Assembly (NCBI GenBank): GCA_004431415.1
Contig: QPMI01000587.1
Span: 1-64,000, forward strand
Origin: Cyanophora paradoxa CCMP329
Taxonomy: Eukaryota > Plantae > Glaucophyta
Direction of reading: 5' to 3'
Length of the DNA: 64,000 bases
Part shown: one piece after another, positions 22,625-33,100 of the stretch
How positions within the stretch are numbered: the stretch's first letter is position 1
How the letters are laid out: every line of letters starts with the position of its first letter
The notes under the pieces: generated by a model
Told to the model about the DNA's origin: nothing
The model's database searches: none
Seen by the model: only the letters and a program-made list of their open reading frames with translations
Translations under genes and position numbers: made by a program

Positions 22625-25603
22625 GACCTATCACCCCAAAACACGAAACAAACACCTTGTTCCCTGTGTTGCATACGTTAAGATCGAAAACGAACACATG
22701 TATTTGCTCAACCACAATGTGAAATCACTAACGCAATCTTTCAACGGATCAAAGCCGAAAGATACGACGCTTTCGCTCGGATCTCGTTACAAGATCATCA
22801 AGCAAAGGAGACACAAAGAATTCGCTTCGAATCCGGATGAGATCGTCAAGATTCTGAATTCGGATACTCTGAAAAATCAGTCGAAGATTCGCATTTGTTA
22901 TGGGGCGCCGCTCGATGAATTGTTTACACAATTTGTGGTGAATCACAATTATCAAGTTCATGCAACAATCTCGCCCATGAAAAAGATCACTCAGATTCAC
23001 TTCACGATCGAAGACAAGGATGTAGTAATTACCCCGCCAGGTTCAGACACCGAAGTAGAAACAGCCTTCGAGATTCAGTTCAGAAATGCTGAGTATCGCG
23101 AAAAATTCGAGAAACTGAACTTGGCGATGTATCGCACTCTGATCAATTCCGCGAACAAGAGTTGCTATAATGAGCAAACGCAAACAGCCTTCAAAATCGG
23201 ATCACAAACAGCACTTCGTGGACTGTTCGACTTGGATGAACAAATTCGCGAAGAGATCTATTACAGCGAAGACATCAAAGAGGTCGACATGTGTAAGGCG
23301 TATCCTCACATTATCGCGAATCTGATTGAGTTCGTTCCGGTTCTGAGCAAGTTCGATGTGTTCAAAAAAGCCTCGATTGCTTCGGCGGACGAAATCGAAG
23401 AATACAGCTTCTACTGCGTGACTCTGAACGAAAAATACTTCGTCAAGCGGAAGGACAAGAACGGGAACAAGTTCGAGGCAAACACGTATGATAGATACAA
23501 GCGCATGATAGTTAGTGATCGCTACAATGTTATCCCCGGTTTGGTTCTAAAAAAACATTACAGCGACTTCAAGGACGACATACGCATTACCGGGGTTCTA
23601 CGACCATACAAATTGGTTCGTAACCTTGCGGGTCACACAGTCAAGCAAGTATTAGAGAGCGATCTCGAATCGACCGATAAGAAACAGATTCTCGTTTCAA
23701 ACACGGGTCAACTTGGGAAGCAAAAAAATAGCAGGGTGAAGACGACAGTATTTAATAAGCGCGATGATGCGATTGAGTTCCAGAAGCAACACGGCGGGGA
23801 AGTGAAGATATACTTTTTGGGGAAAGACCCCACAACCTACGACCCCACCACATTCGTTATGAGTGAATGCGATATGACAGAACCCCACGTTTACTACGTT
23901 AATCAGGTTTCGGAAAAGCAATTGATTGATGGATTTCTACCGTTCCACAATCTCATGTATTCACTCATGCGCATGTGCATGTATGAGAAGTGCATAGAAC
24001 TCGCAAAATTGCAAATCTATCCTCTCGCGATGAATACGGATTGTGTCTACGCAATCGGATCCATGGAATCCGTAGACTTTAACCGAAATGCATTTGAGAA
24101 TATCGGGCGATTCAGTGTGAAGCCATGCAGGAATTTCTACAAGAAGTTCGTGGGCGAAAAGAAAGATTTGGAATACAAGCGCATCCGATGCGGAAGGTTT
24201 GAGCGAGCGGAAGATTTCGTTAAAATTCAGGAGTTCGGGTTTCAACGCCACACCGTAACCGATGAGTTCAACACCCTCGCTATCTGTGACCTCCTCGCAA
24301 CCCAAAAGCGGTGGGTTCTACTTGGGGTCGTGCCGGGCGTGGGAAAGACTTACATGACAATTGAATACGGCAAGCGATTCAAAAACCCGCTTTACATCGT
24401 TCCGACAAACAAGCGCGTGAAAGAGATGAAAGAACAAGGTTTGAAAAACGTAAAGACAATCTACGATGCGCTTCACCTGAAAATTGACGAATCCGCAATG
24501 GATGAGATCGTCGGGGGCAACTCAGCCGGATTAGTCGAATACGATTGCATCATAATCGATGAAATCTGTCAGTTCAAAATTGGCGAGTTATCCGCTCTCG
24601 ATCACATCATGAGTGTGCAGTTCCCCGACAAGGATTACATAGCTACGGGGATCCCTTCCAGAACCCACCGATTCAGGACATGACGGTAGACCAGAAAGAA
24701 TACTACTTGGACATCCTACATCGACTGTTTGAAAACGAGTTGCTTCTACAAGTCAACAAGCGACACGAAAGCGTGGAAGATCGCAGAACAGTAGAGAAAA
24801 TACACACTGACTTGTTCGAGAAAGGATTGAGTGTATCTGATGTGATCGAAAAGTATCAATTCAAGAGGGTTGATACTGTGGAGAAAACGGACGTCGCGAT
24901 AGTTTACACCAATAGGAAGGGCGCCGAAGTGAATCTAAATCTTCACAGAATGAACTACGGGGAAGATGTGCCGATTTTCGCGAGCGGCGTTAAGATCGTC
25001 GCAAAGACGCGCATGGTCAAGAATGGTTACACGATTCATAACGGATTCACTTACAACATTGTGAACTTTTCCGAAAAGGAATTCGTTATTGAGGATGTTG
25101 CGAGCGGTGAGCATATCAAGTTGGAATCTGATGCGGTTAAACATTTCGCTCTGTCGTATGCTCACACTTGTCACGTAATACAGGGCGATACGATTCGGTG
25201 CGAAGGGAACCGGGTGGTGGTGTTTGAGGCGGGGGCGCCCTTTGTTTCGAAGGAGTGGCTTTACGTCGCATTGACAAGAACAACGCGACTAAGTGATGTT
25301 GTGATTTACCACAATGGCTACGAGTATGCAGATTGGATAGTTTACAAGCGCGACGGGAACGAAAAAATCGCGACTTACAAGGATCAAGACCGGATTGCGA
25401 ACAGACTGTATGACGACAAAGATTACATCACTTGGGATTGGATTAAGAAGCGCTACGGCAAGCAATACGGTCACTGTGGTCGGTGCTACGATGCTTTGGA
25501 TTTCGCCGATATCTCAGTGGATCGAGTGAACAATGCAGTGGCGCATATCACTAAAAATTGTTTCCTGTCTCATATTAAGTGTATTATTAAGTGTCTCATA
25601 TAA
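22599..25603 (+). CDS. PolB-like + SF1 (RecD/Pif1-like) helicase + HNH-like fusion replicase, copy 1 (frameshift near 24645, altered C-terminus)
   Basis: PolB motifs DMCKAYP, KQILVSNTGQLGK and NTDC. Helicase motifs GVGKT, IIIDEI, GDPFQNPP, TCHVIQG and YVALTR. C-terminal CGRC...DRVNN..AH..N. GGGG here versus GGGGG in copy 2 causes the frameshift. Frame is open from 22599. Confidence 0.85.
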
Positions 25604-27997
25604 ACAGCACTTCGTGGACTGTTCGACTTGGATGAACAAATTCGCGAAGAGATCTATTACAGCGAAGACATCAAAGAGGTCGACATGTGTAAGGCGTATC
25701 CTCACATTATCGCGAATCTGATTGAGTTCGTTCCGGTTCTGAGCAAGTTCGATGTGTTCAAAAAAGCCTCGATTGCTTCGGCGGACGAAATCGAAGAATA
25801 CAGCTTCTACTGCGTGACTCTGAACGAAAAATACTTCGTCAAGCGGAAGGACAAGAACGGGAACAAGTTCGAGGCAAACACGTATGATAGATACAAGCGC
25901 ATGATAGTTAGTGATCGCTACAATGTTATCCCCGGTTTGGTTCTAAAAAAACATTACAGCGACTTCAAGGACGACATACGCATTACCGGGGTTCTACGAC
26001 CATACAAATTGGTTCGTAACCTTGCGGGTCACACAGTCAAGCAAGTATTAGAGAGCGATCTCGAATCGACCGATAAGAAACAGATTCTCGTTTCAAACAC
26101 GGGTCAACTTGGGAAGCAAAAAAATAGCAGGGTGAAGACGACAGTATTTAATAAGCGCGATGATGCGATTGAGTTCCAGAAGCAACACGGCGGGGAAGTG
26201 AAGATATACTTTTTGGGGAAAGACCCCACAACCTACGACCCCACCACATTCGTTATGAGTGAATGCGATATGACAGAACCCCACGTTTACTACGTTAATC
26301 AGGTTTCGGAAAAGCAATTGATTGATGGATTTCTACCGTTCCACAATCTCATGTATTCACTCATGCGCATGTGCATGTATGAGAAGTGCATAGAACTCGC
26401 AAAATTGCAAATCTATCCTCTCGCGATGAATACGGATTGTGTCTACGCAATCGGATCCATGGAATCCGTAGACTTTAACCGAAATGCATTTGAGAATATC
26501 GGGCGATTCAGTGTGAAGCCATGCAGGAATTTCTACAAGAAGTTCGTGGGCGAAAAGAAAGATTTGGAATACAAGCGCATCCGATGCGGAAGGTTTGAGC
26601 GAGCGGAAGATTTCGTTAAAATTCAGGAGTTCGGGTTTCAACGCCACACCGTAACCGATGAGTTCAACACCCTCGCTATCTGTGACCTCCTCGCAACCCA
26701 AAAGCGGTGGGTTCTACTTGGGGTCGTGCCGGGCGTGGGAAAGACTTACATGACAATTGAATACGGCAAGCGATTCAAAAACCCGCTTTACATCGTTCCG
26801 ACAAACAAGCGCGTGAAAGAGATGAAAGAACAAGGTTTGAAAAACGTAAAGACAATCTACGATGCGCTTCACCTGAAAATTGACGAATCCGCAATGGATG
26901 AGATCGTCGGGGGCAACTCAGCCGGATTAGTCGAATACGATTGCATCATAATCGATGAAATCTGTCAGTTCAAAATTGGCGAGTTATCCGCTCTCGATCA
27001 CATCATGAGTGTGCAGTTCCCCGACAAGGATTACATAGCTACGGGGGATCCCTTCCAGAACCCACCGATTCAGGACATGACGGTAGACCAGAAAGAATAC
27101 TACTTGGACATCCTACATCGACTGTTTGAAAACGAGTTGCTTCTACAAGTCAACAAGCGACACGAAAGCGTGGAAGATCGCAGAACAGTAGAGAAAATAC
27201 ACACTGACTTGTTCGAGAAAGGATTGAGTGTATCTGATGTGATCGAAAAGTATCAATTCAAGAGGGTTGATACTGTGGAGAAAACGGACGTCGCGATAGT
27301 TTACACCAATAGGAAGGGCGCCGAAGTGAATCTAAATCTTCACAGAATGAACTACGGGGAAGATGTGCCGATTTTCGCGAGCGGCGTTAAGATCGTCGCA
27401 AAGACGCGCATGGTCAAGAATGGTTACACGATTCATAACGGATTCACTTACAACATTGTGAACTTTTCCGAAAAGGAATTCGTTATTGAGGATGTTGCGA
27501 GCGGTGAGCATATCAAGTTGGAATCTGATGCGGTTAAACATTTCGCTCTGTCGTATGCTCACACTTGTCACGTAATACAGGGCGATACGATTCGGTGCGA
27601 AGGGAACCGGGTGGTGGTGTTTGAGGCGGGGGCGCCCTTTGTTTCGAAGGAGTGGCTTTACGTCGCATTGACAAGAACAACGCGACTAAGTGATGTTGTG
27701 ATTTACCACAATGGCTACGAGTATGCAGATTGGATAGTTTACAAGCGCGACGGGAACGAAAAAATCGCGACTTACAAGGATCAAGACCGGATTGCGAACA
27801 GACTGTATGACGACAAAGATTACATCACTTGGGATTGGATTAAGAAGCGCTACGGCAAGCAATACGGTCACTGTGGTCGGTGCTACGATGCTTTGGATTT
27901 CGCCGATATCTCAGTGGATCGAGTGAACAATGCAGTGGCGCATATCACTAAAAATTGTTTCCTGTCTCATATTAAGTGTAATTGCGCCGCGCAATAA
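25604..27997 (+). CDS. Duplicated C-terminal ~800 aa of the replicase, copy 2 (intact frame, native C-terminus, no N-terminus)
   Basis: 25602-27980 repeats 23206-25583. Same motifs in one frame, ending HIKCNCAAQ. Confidence 0.85.
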   Translation, partial: TALRGLFDLDEQIREEIYYSEDIKEVDMCKAYPHIIANLIEFVPVLSKFDVFKKASIASADEIEEYSFYCVTLNEKYFVKRKDKNGNKFEANTYDRYKRMIVSDRYNVIPGLVLKKHYSDFKDDIRITGVLRPYKLVRNLAGHTVKQVLESDLESTDKKQILVSNTGQLGKQKNSRVKTTVFNKRDDAIEFQKQHGGEVKIYFLGKDPTTYDPTTFVMSECDMTEPHVYYVNQVSEKQLIDGFLPFHNLMYSLMRMCMYEKCIELAKLQIYPLAMNTDCVYAIGSMESVDFNRNAFENIGRFSVKPCRNFYKKFVGEKKDLEYKRIRCGRFERAEDFVKIQEFGFQRHTVTDEFNTLAICDLLATQKRWVLLGVVPGVGKTYMTIEYGKRFKNPLYIVPTNKRVKEMKEQGLKNVKTIYDALHLKIDESAMDEIVGGNSAGLVEYDCIIIDEICQFKIGELSALDHIMSVQFPDKDYIATGDPFQNPPIQDMTVDQKEYYLDILHRLFENELLLQVNKRHESVEDRRTVEKIHTDLFEKGLSVSDVIEKYQFKRVDTVEKTDVAIVYTNRKGAEVNLNLHRMNYGEDVPIFASGVKIVAKTRMVKNGYTIHNGFTYNIVNFSEKEFVIEDVASGEHIKLESDAVKHFALSYAHTCHVIQGDTIRCEGNRVVVFEAGAPFVSKEWLYVALTRTTRLSDVVIYHNGYEYADWIVYKRDGNEKIATYKDQDRIANRLYDDKDYITWDWIKKRYGKQYGHCGRCYDALDFADISVDRVNNAVAHITKNCFLSHIKCNCAAQ

Positions 27998-29067
27998 TGG
28001 AACAGATCCTCTCTTACTCAAAGTATCGTCAGAAACTGATAAATGAAAAAGTGCGATTTGATGAAAAAGAATTGAAAAAGCGATTTGAGAATTCGGAACT
28101 CCAACAGATCTTTAAGAAACCGAAAAAGCCGAAATCGTTCCTTCGAATTGTCGCGAAACCGAATTCATTTCAAGTAGACATCATGTTCTTTCGAGGTTAT
28201 CAGACAGCAAATAATGGTTATTTTAAAATGATTAGTTTTGTAGACATTCTCAGCAGAAAGGCATTTGTGTATCCTTTTAAAACCAATGAAGAGATTCCGA
28301 GTATTTTAAATAGGTTCAAACGAGATGCAGGTAAGGTTAGTGCATTGTCAGGCGATAATGAATTTTCGAATGCAGTCTACCGAAATTGGTGTAGCGAAAA
28401 TGGTGTTACACTTTACACAGATTTAGCAAAAGATGATCACATTACTGTGGGGGATAAACTTGGGATAATCGATAGGTTCACGAGAACCTTCAAGCAGTAT
28501 TTAAGGAAGGCTATGACTTCCAAGGGAACAACGAAATGGATTGATTTAGTGGGAGATGGGGTGGATTTATACAACAGTAGCCCACATTCGGCATTGAAGA
28601 ATGATTCGCCGAACGCAGTTTACGCAAGTGAAGACAAGCAACTTTTTATTTACATGCGCGACACAGTTCACAACAATAACGTGAAGGCAAACGACCCGAA
28701 CACAATCAAACCGGGTGATACTGTTCGCGTTTTGCAACCGCGAGGCGCATTCGAAAAAGAAGGCGCGCAATTCAGTCAGAAGGTCTATAAGGTGGGGAAA
28801 ACCGACCGGAACAGGTTCAAAGTTTTAGAGGACAACGATGGGGAGACACCGAAAGAGGTAGCGAGGCGCTTTAAAAAGCAGGAATTGCAAAAAGTGAACG
28901 CGGAGGAAATTATAAGAATTCCGTCGCAAAAGCGCATCGAACGCGTAAAGAAAACGAATAAAGTGAATAGATTGGTCACAAAGGAAGGGATTAGACCCAA
29001 CCGTAGCAAGGTCGTGAGGCGCCGCTACTATCTGAGAAGTGGGTTGACCAAGCGCGGGGGGTCTTAA
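27997..29067 (+). CDS. Retroviral-type (rve) integrase
   Basis: FQVDIMF, VDILSRKAFVYP, SGDNEF, GIIDRFTRTFK and YNSSPHSAL..SP motifs. ATG overlaps the replicase stop (TAATG). Confidence 0.9.
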   Translation: MEQILSYSKYRQKLINEKVRFDEKELKKRFENSELQQIFKKPKKPKSFLRIVAKPNSFQVDIMFFRGYQTANNGYFKMISFVDILSRKAFVYPFKTNEEIPSILNRFKRDAGKVSALSGDNEFSNAVYRNWCSENGVTLYTDLAKDDHITVGDKLGIIDRFTRTFKQYLRKAMTSKGTTKWIDLVGDGVDLYNSSPHSALKNDSPNAVYASEDKQLFIYMRDTVHNNNVKANDPNTIKPGDTVRVLQPRGAFEKEGAQFSQKVYKVGKTDRNRFKVLEDNDGETPKEVARRFKKQELQKVNAEEIIRIPSQKRIERVKKTNKVNRLVTKEGIRPNRSKVVRRRYYLRSGLTKRGGS

Positions 29068-29153
29068 AAAAATGGTTGCGCAACCAGGTTGCGGTGGTTG
29101 CGCGACCAGGTTGCGGTGGTTGCGCGACCAGGTTTCGGTGGTGGCGCAACCAG
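29068..29153. repeat. Inverted counterpart of the left subterminal GGTTGCGCAACC array
   Basis: AAAAATGGTTGCGCAACCAGGTTGCGGTGGTTGCGCGACCAGG... is the reverse complement of the unit types at 16290-16410. Confidence 0.8.
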
Positions 29154-29180
29154 TTGAGGGGGGCATTGTGGTTGTCACAG

Positions 29181-29887
29181 ATGGCTTCTCCAACGGCAAC
29201 CATTATTCTTCTTCTCGCCAGTTACTTCGATCGATCCGGACATGTCGACTCTTACCAAGATCCCAATAATCTTGATGTCGGAAAGTTTAGTGTATCACTG
29301 GACGTTCCCTCCAACATTTACGATCTAATTGCTTCTCTCGGCATTCCGTATGAAGTGAAAAATAGTAAGGTGACATTTCGCGATACCAATGCTATCGATT
29401 TCCTCGGCGCAATCGATAGACTCGCTACACGCGGTAAAGGCGGCGAAATGATAGATCGATTCACATACAATCTCATGCCCACCGTCAAAATCTCATGCCC
29501 ACCGTCCTCCCCACAAAGAGACGCCCCTCTGATGTCGGCTACGATCTTTCTATAATCGGCGTTTCGAAGGTCTTCTCCGATGTCGTTACCCTCTATGATA
29601 CGGGTTTTAAAATCGCCGTCGAACCCGGGTATTACGTCGAGATCGTTCCACACAGTAATCTTTCTGACTCAGGTCATATACTTGCCAACAGTGTCGGGAT
29701 AATTGAGGCATCCTATCGCGGAAACATATTCGTTGCGCTAACAAAAATCGATGCTTCCGCGCCCTCGATAAAATTCCCCTTCCGTTGTTGTCTAATGATC
29801 GTCCGGAAACAGTTTTTTGCAAATCTTGTCGATGCCGACATTGCGACATGGGACGAAACTTTTCAGGTTGCGGGGGAAACGATGTAA
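29181..29887 (+). pseudogene. Degenerate dUTPase with N-terminal extension, frameshifted and truncated at the TIR
   Basis: SDVGYDL, DTGF, PHS (for PRS) and GIIEASYRG (for GxIDxxYRG). Motif V absent. A 20-bp-period duplication of AATCTCATGCCCACCGTC (29469-29506) shifts the frame. Stop lies inside the TIR. Confidence 0.8.
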
Positions 29888-30183
29888 AATTTCGGGAGCA
29901 TGGCGGCGAATTTCATGTTTTTGTCGATGCAATGAATAAAAGCGTATTGCGCGTATAGTCTTACTGAGTCTTACTGAGATTTTCGGGTGAGTATCGGGAT
30001 TATCGGGATGAAATAGATCTCGGGGGCTTCGCGGGTTAATCTATCGATACATTACGATAAATTTCGATTTTATCGATTCTATTACTGAGTCTTACTGAGA
30101 TTTTCGGAAAAATCGGTTTATTATCGGGATTATCGGGGGAATTTGGGTTTTATTTTTTTGGGGGCATGGCGCCACGCTGAGCT
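29872..30183 (-). repeat. Right terminal inverted repeat (312 bp)
   Basis: Reverse complement of 15967-16286. Confidence 0.95.
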
Positions 30184-33100
30184 GAGGGTCATCTGCCTAA
30201 GGCTAGCGCCTTGTGCATATTCCCCCTTCGACTGACTGACTTGCTGGTGGGTGGGTCATCTTCCCAAGGCTAGCGCCTTGTGCATATTCCCCCAGAGAGA
30301 TTTGAAGTGCATCTTTCTTCTATTTTGTGGCAGATCGGAAACCTGGGGCCTTCGACTGAGTGACTTGCTGGTGGGTGGGTCATCTGCCTAAGGCTAGCGC
30401 CTTGTGCATATTCCCCCAGAGAGATTTGAAGTGCATCTTTCTTCTATTTTGTGGCAGATGAGAAACCTGCGGCCACCGACTGGGTGACTTGCTGGTGGGT
30501 GGGTCATCTTCCTAAGGCTAGAGCCTTGTGCATATTCCCCCAGAGAGATTTGGGGTGCATCTTTCTTCTATTTTGTGGCAGATGAGAAACCTGTGGCCTC
30601 CTACTGGGTGACTTGCTGGTGGGTGGGTCATCTTCCTAAGTCTAGCGCCTTGGGCATATTCCCCCAGCGAGATTTGGGGTGCATCTTTCTTCTTTTTTCT
30701 GGCAGATTCAAAACCTGGGGCCTTTGACTGAGTGACTTGCGGGTGGGAGGGTCATCTTCCTAAGGCTAGCACCTTGTGCATATTCCCCCTTCGACTGAGT
30801 GACTTGCTGGTGGGTGGGTCATCTGCCTAAGGCTAGCGCCTTGTGCATATTCCCCCAGAGAGATTTGAAGTGCATCTTTCTTCTATTTTGTGGCAGATTG
30901 GAAACCTGGGGCCTTCGACTGAGTGACTTGCTGGTGGGTGGGTCATCTGCCTAAGGCTAGCGCCTTGTGCATATTCCCCCAGAGAGATTTGAAGTGCATC
31001 TTTCTTCTATTTTGTGGCAGATGAGAAACCTGCGGCCTCCGACTGGGTGACTTGCTGGTGGGTGGGTCATCTGCCTAAGGCTAGCGCCTTGGGCATATTC
31101 CCCCAGAGAGATTTGAAGTGCATCTTTCTTCTATTTTGTGGCAGATGAGAAACCTGCGGCCTCCGACTGGGTGACTTGCTGGTGGGTGGGTCATCTTCCT
31201 AAGGCTAGCGCCTTGGGCATATTCCCCCAGAGAGATTTGGGGTGCATCTTTCTTCTATTTTGTGGCAGATGAGAAACCTGCGGCCTCCGACTGGGTGACT
31301 TGCTGGTGGGTGGGTCATCTTCCTAAGGCTAGCGCCTTGGGCATATTCCCCCAGAGAGATTTGGGGTGCATCTTTCTTCTTTTTTCTGGCAGATTCAAAA
31401 CCTGGGGCCTTTGACTGAGTGACTTGCGGGTGGGAGGGTCATCTTCCTAAGGCTAGCACCTTGTGCATATTCCCCTTCGACTGACTGACTTGCTGGTGGG
31501 TGGGTCATCTTCCCAAGGCAAGCGCCTTGTGCATATTCCCCAGAGAGATTTGAAGTGCATCTTTCTTCTATTTTGTGGCAGATGGGAAACCTGGGGCCTT
31601 CGACTGAGTGACTTGCTGGTGGGTGGGTCATCTTCCTAAGGCTAGCGCCTTGGGCATATTCCCCAGAGAGATTTGAAGTGCATCTTTCTTCTATTTTGTG
31701 GCAGATGAGAAACCTGCGGCCTCCGACTGGGTGACTTGCTGGTGGGTGGGTCATCTTCCTAAGGCTAGCGCCTTGGGCATATTCCCCCAGAGAGATTTGG
31801 GGTGCATCTTTCTTCTTTTTTCTGGCAGATCGGAAACCTGGGGCATTTGACTGAGTGACTTGCTGGTGGGAGGGTCATCTTCCTAAGGCTAGCACCTTGT
31901 GCATATTCCCCCTTCGACTGACTGACTTGCTGGTGGGTGGGTCATCTTCCCAAGGCAAGCGCCTTGTGCATATTCCCCCAGAGAGATTTGAAGTGCATCT
32001 TTCTTCTATTTTGTTGCAGATCGGAAATCTGGGGCCTTCGACTGAGTGACTTGCATTTAAGTGGGTCATCTGCCTAAGGCTAGCGCCTTGTGCATATTCC
32101 CCCAGAGAGATTTGGGGTGCATCTTTCTTTTTCTTCTGGCAGATTGGAAACCTGGGGCCTTCGACTGGGTGACTTGCTGGTGGGTGGGTCATCTTCCTAA
32201 GGCTAGCACCTTGTGCATATTCCCCCTTCGACTGACTGACTTGCTGGTGGGTGGGTCATCTTCCCAAGGCAAGCGCCTTGTGCATATTCCCCCAGAGAGA
32301 TTTGAAGTGCATCTTTCTTCTATTTTGTGGCAGATTGGAAACCTGGGGCCTTCGACTGGGTGACTTGCTGGTGGGTGGGTCATCTTCCTAAGACTAGCGC
32401 CTTGGGCATATTCCCCCAGAGAGATTTGGGGTTCATCTTTCTTTTTCTTCTGGCAGATCGGAAACCTGCCGCCTCCGACTGGCTGACTTGCTGGTGGGTG
32501 GGTCATCTTCCTAAGGCTAGCGCCTTGGGCATATTCCCCCAGAGAGATTTGAAGTGCATCTTTCTTCTATTTTGTGGCAGATGAGAAACCTGCAGCCTCC
32601 GACTGGCTGACTTGCTGGTGGGTGGGTCATCTTCCTAAGGCTAGCGCCTTGGGCATAGTCCCCCAGAGAGATTTGGGGTGCATCTTTCTTCTATTTTGTG
32701 GCAGATGAGAAACCTGTGGCCTCCTACTGGGTGACTTGCTGGTGGGTGGGTCATCTTCCTAAGGCTAGAGCCTTGGGCATATTCCCCCAGAGAGATTTGG
32801 GGTGCATCTTTCTTCTTTTTTCTGGCAGATTCAAAACCTGGGGCCTTTGACTGAGTGACTTGCGGGTGGGAGGGTCATCTTCCTAAGGCTAGCACCTTGT
32901 GCATATTCCCCCTTCGACTGACTGACTTGCTGGTGGGTGGGTCATCTTCCCAAGGCAAGCGCCTTGTGCATATTCCCCCAGAGAGATTTGAAGTGCATCT
33001 TTCTTCTATTTTGTGGCAGATGGGAAACCTGGGGCCTTCGACTGAGTGACTTGCTGGTGGGTGGGTCATCTTCCTAAGGCTAGCGCCTTGGGCATATTCC

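Larger units (their letters stand above)
15967..30183. mobile_element. Endogenous Polinton-like virus (Maverick/PLV-type integrated dsDNA virus), 14.2 kb
   Basis: Long TIRs start AGCTCAGCGTGGC and end GCCACGCTGAGCT. GAGGG duplicated at 15962-15966 and 30184-30188. Carries packaging ATPase, two capsid-like genes, PolB-helicase and rve integrase. Confidence 0.95.

Noticed and set aside
24640-24683. Programmed frameshift in the helicase
   Set aside because: Copy 2 has one more G and reads through, so this is a homopolymer error or a recent indel.
17563-29200. Antisense ORFs overlapping the viral genes (e.g. 21523-22119, 18179-18607)
   Set aside because: Shadow frames of well-supported genes, with no motifs of their own.
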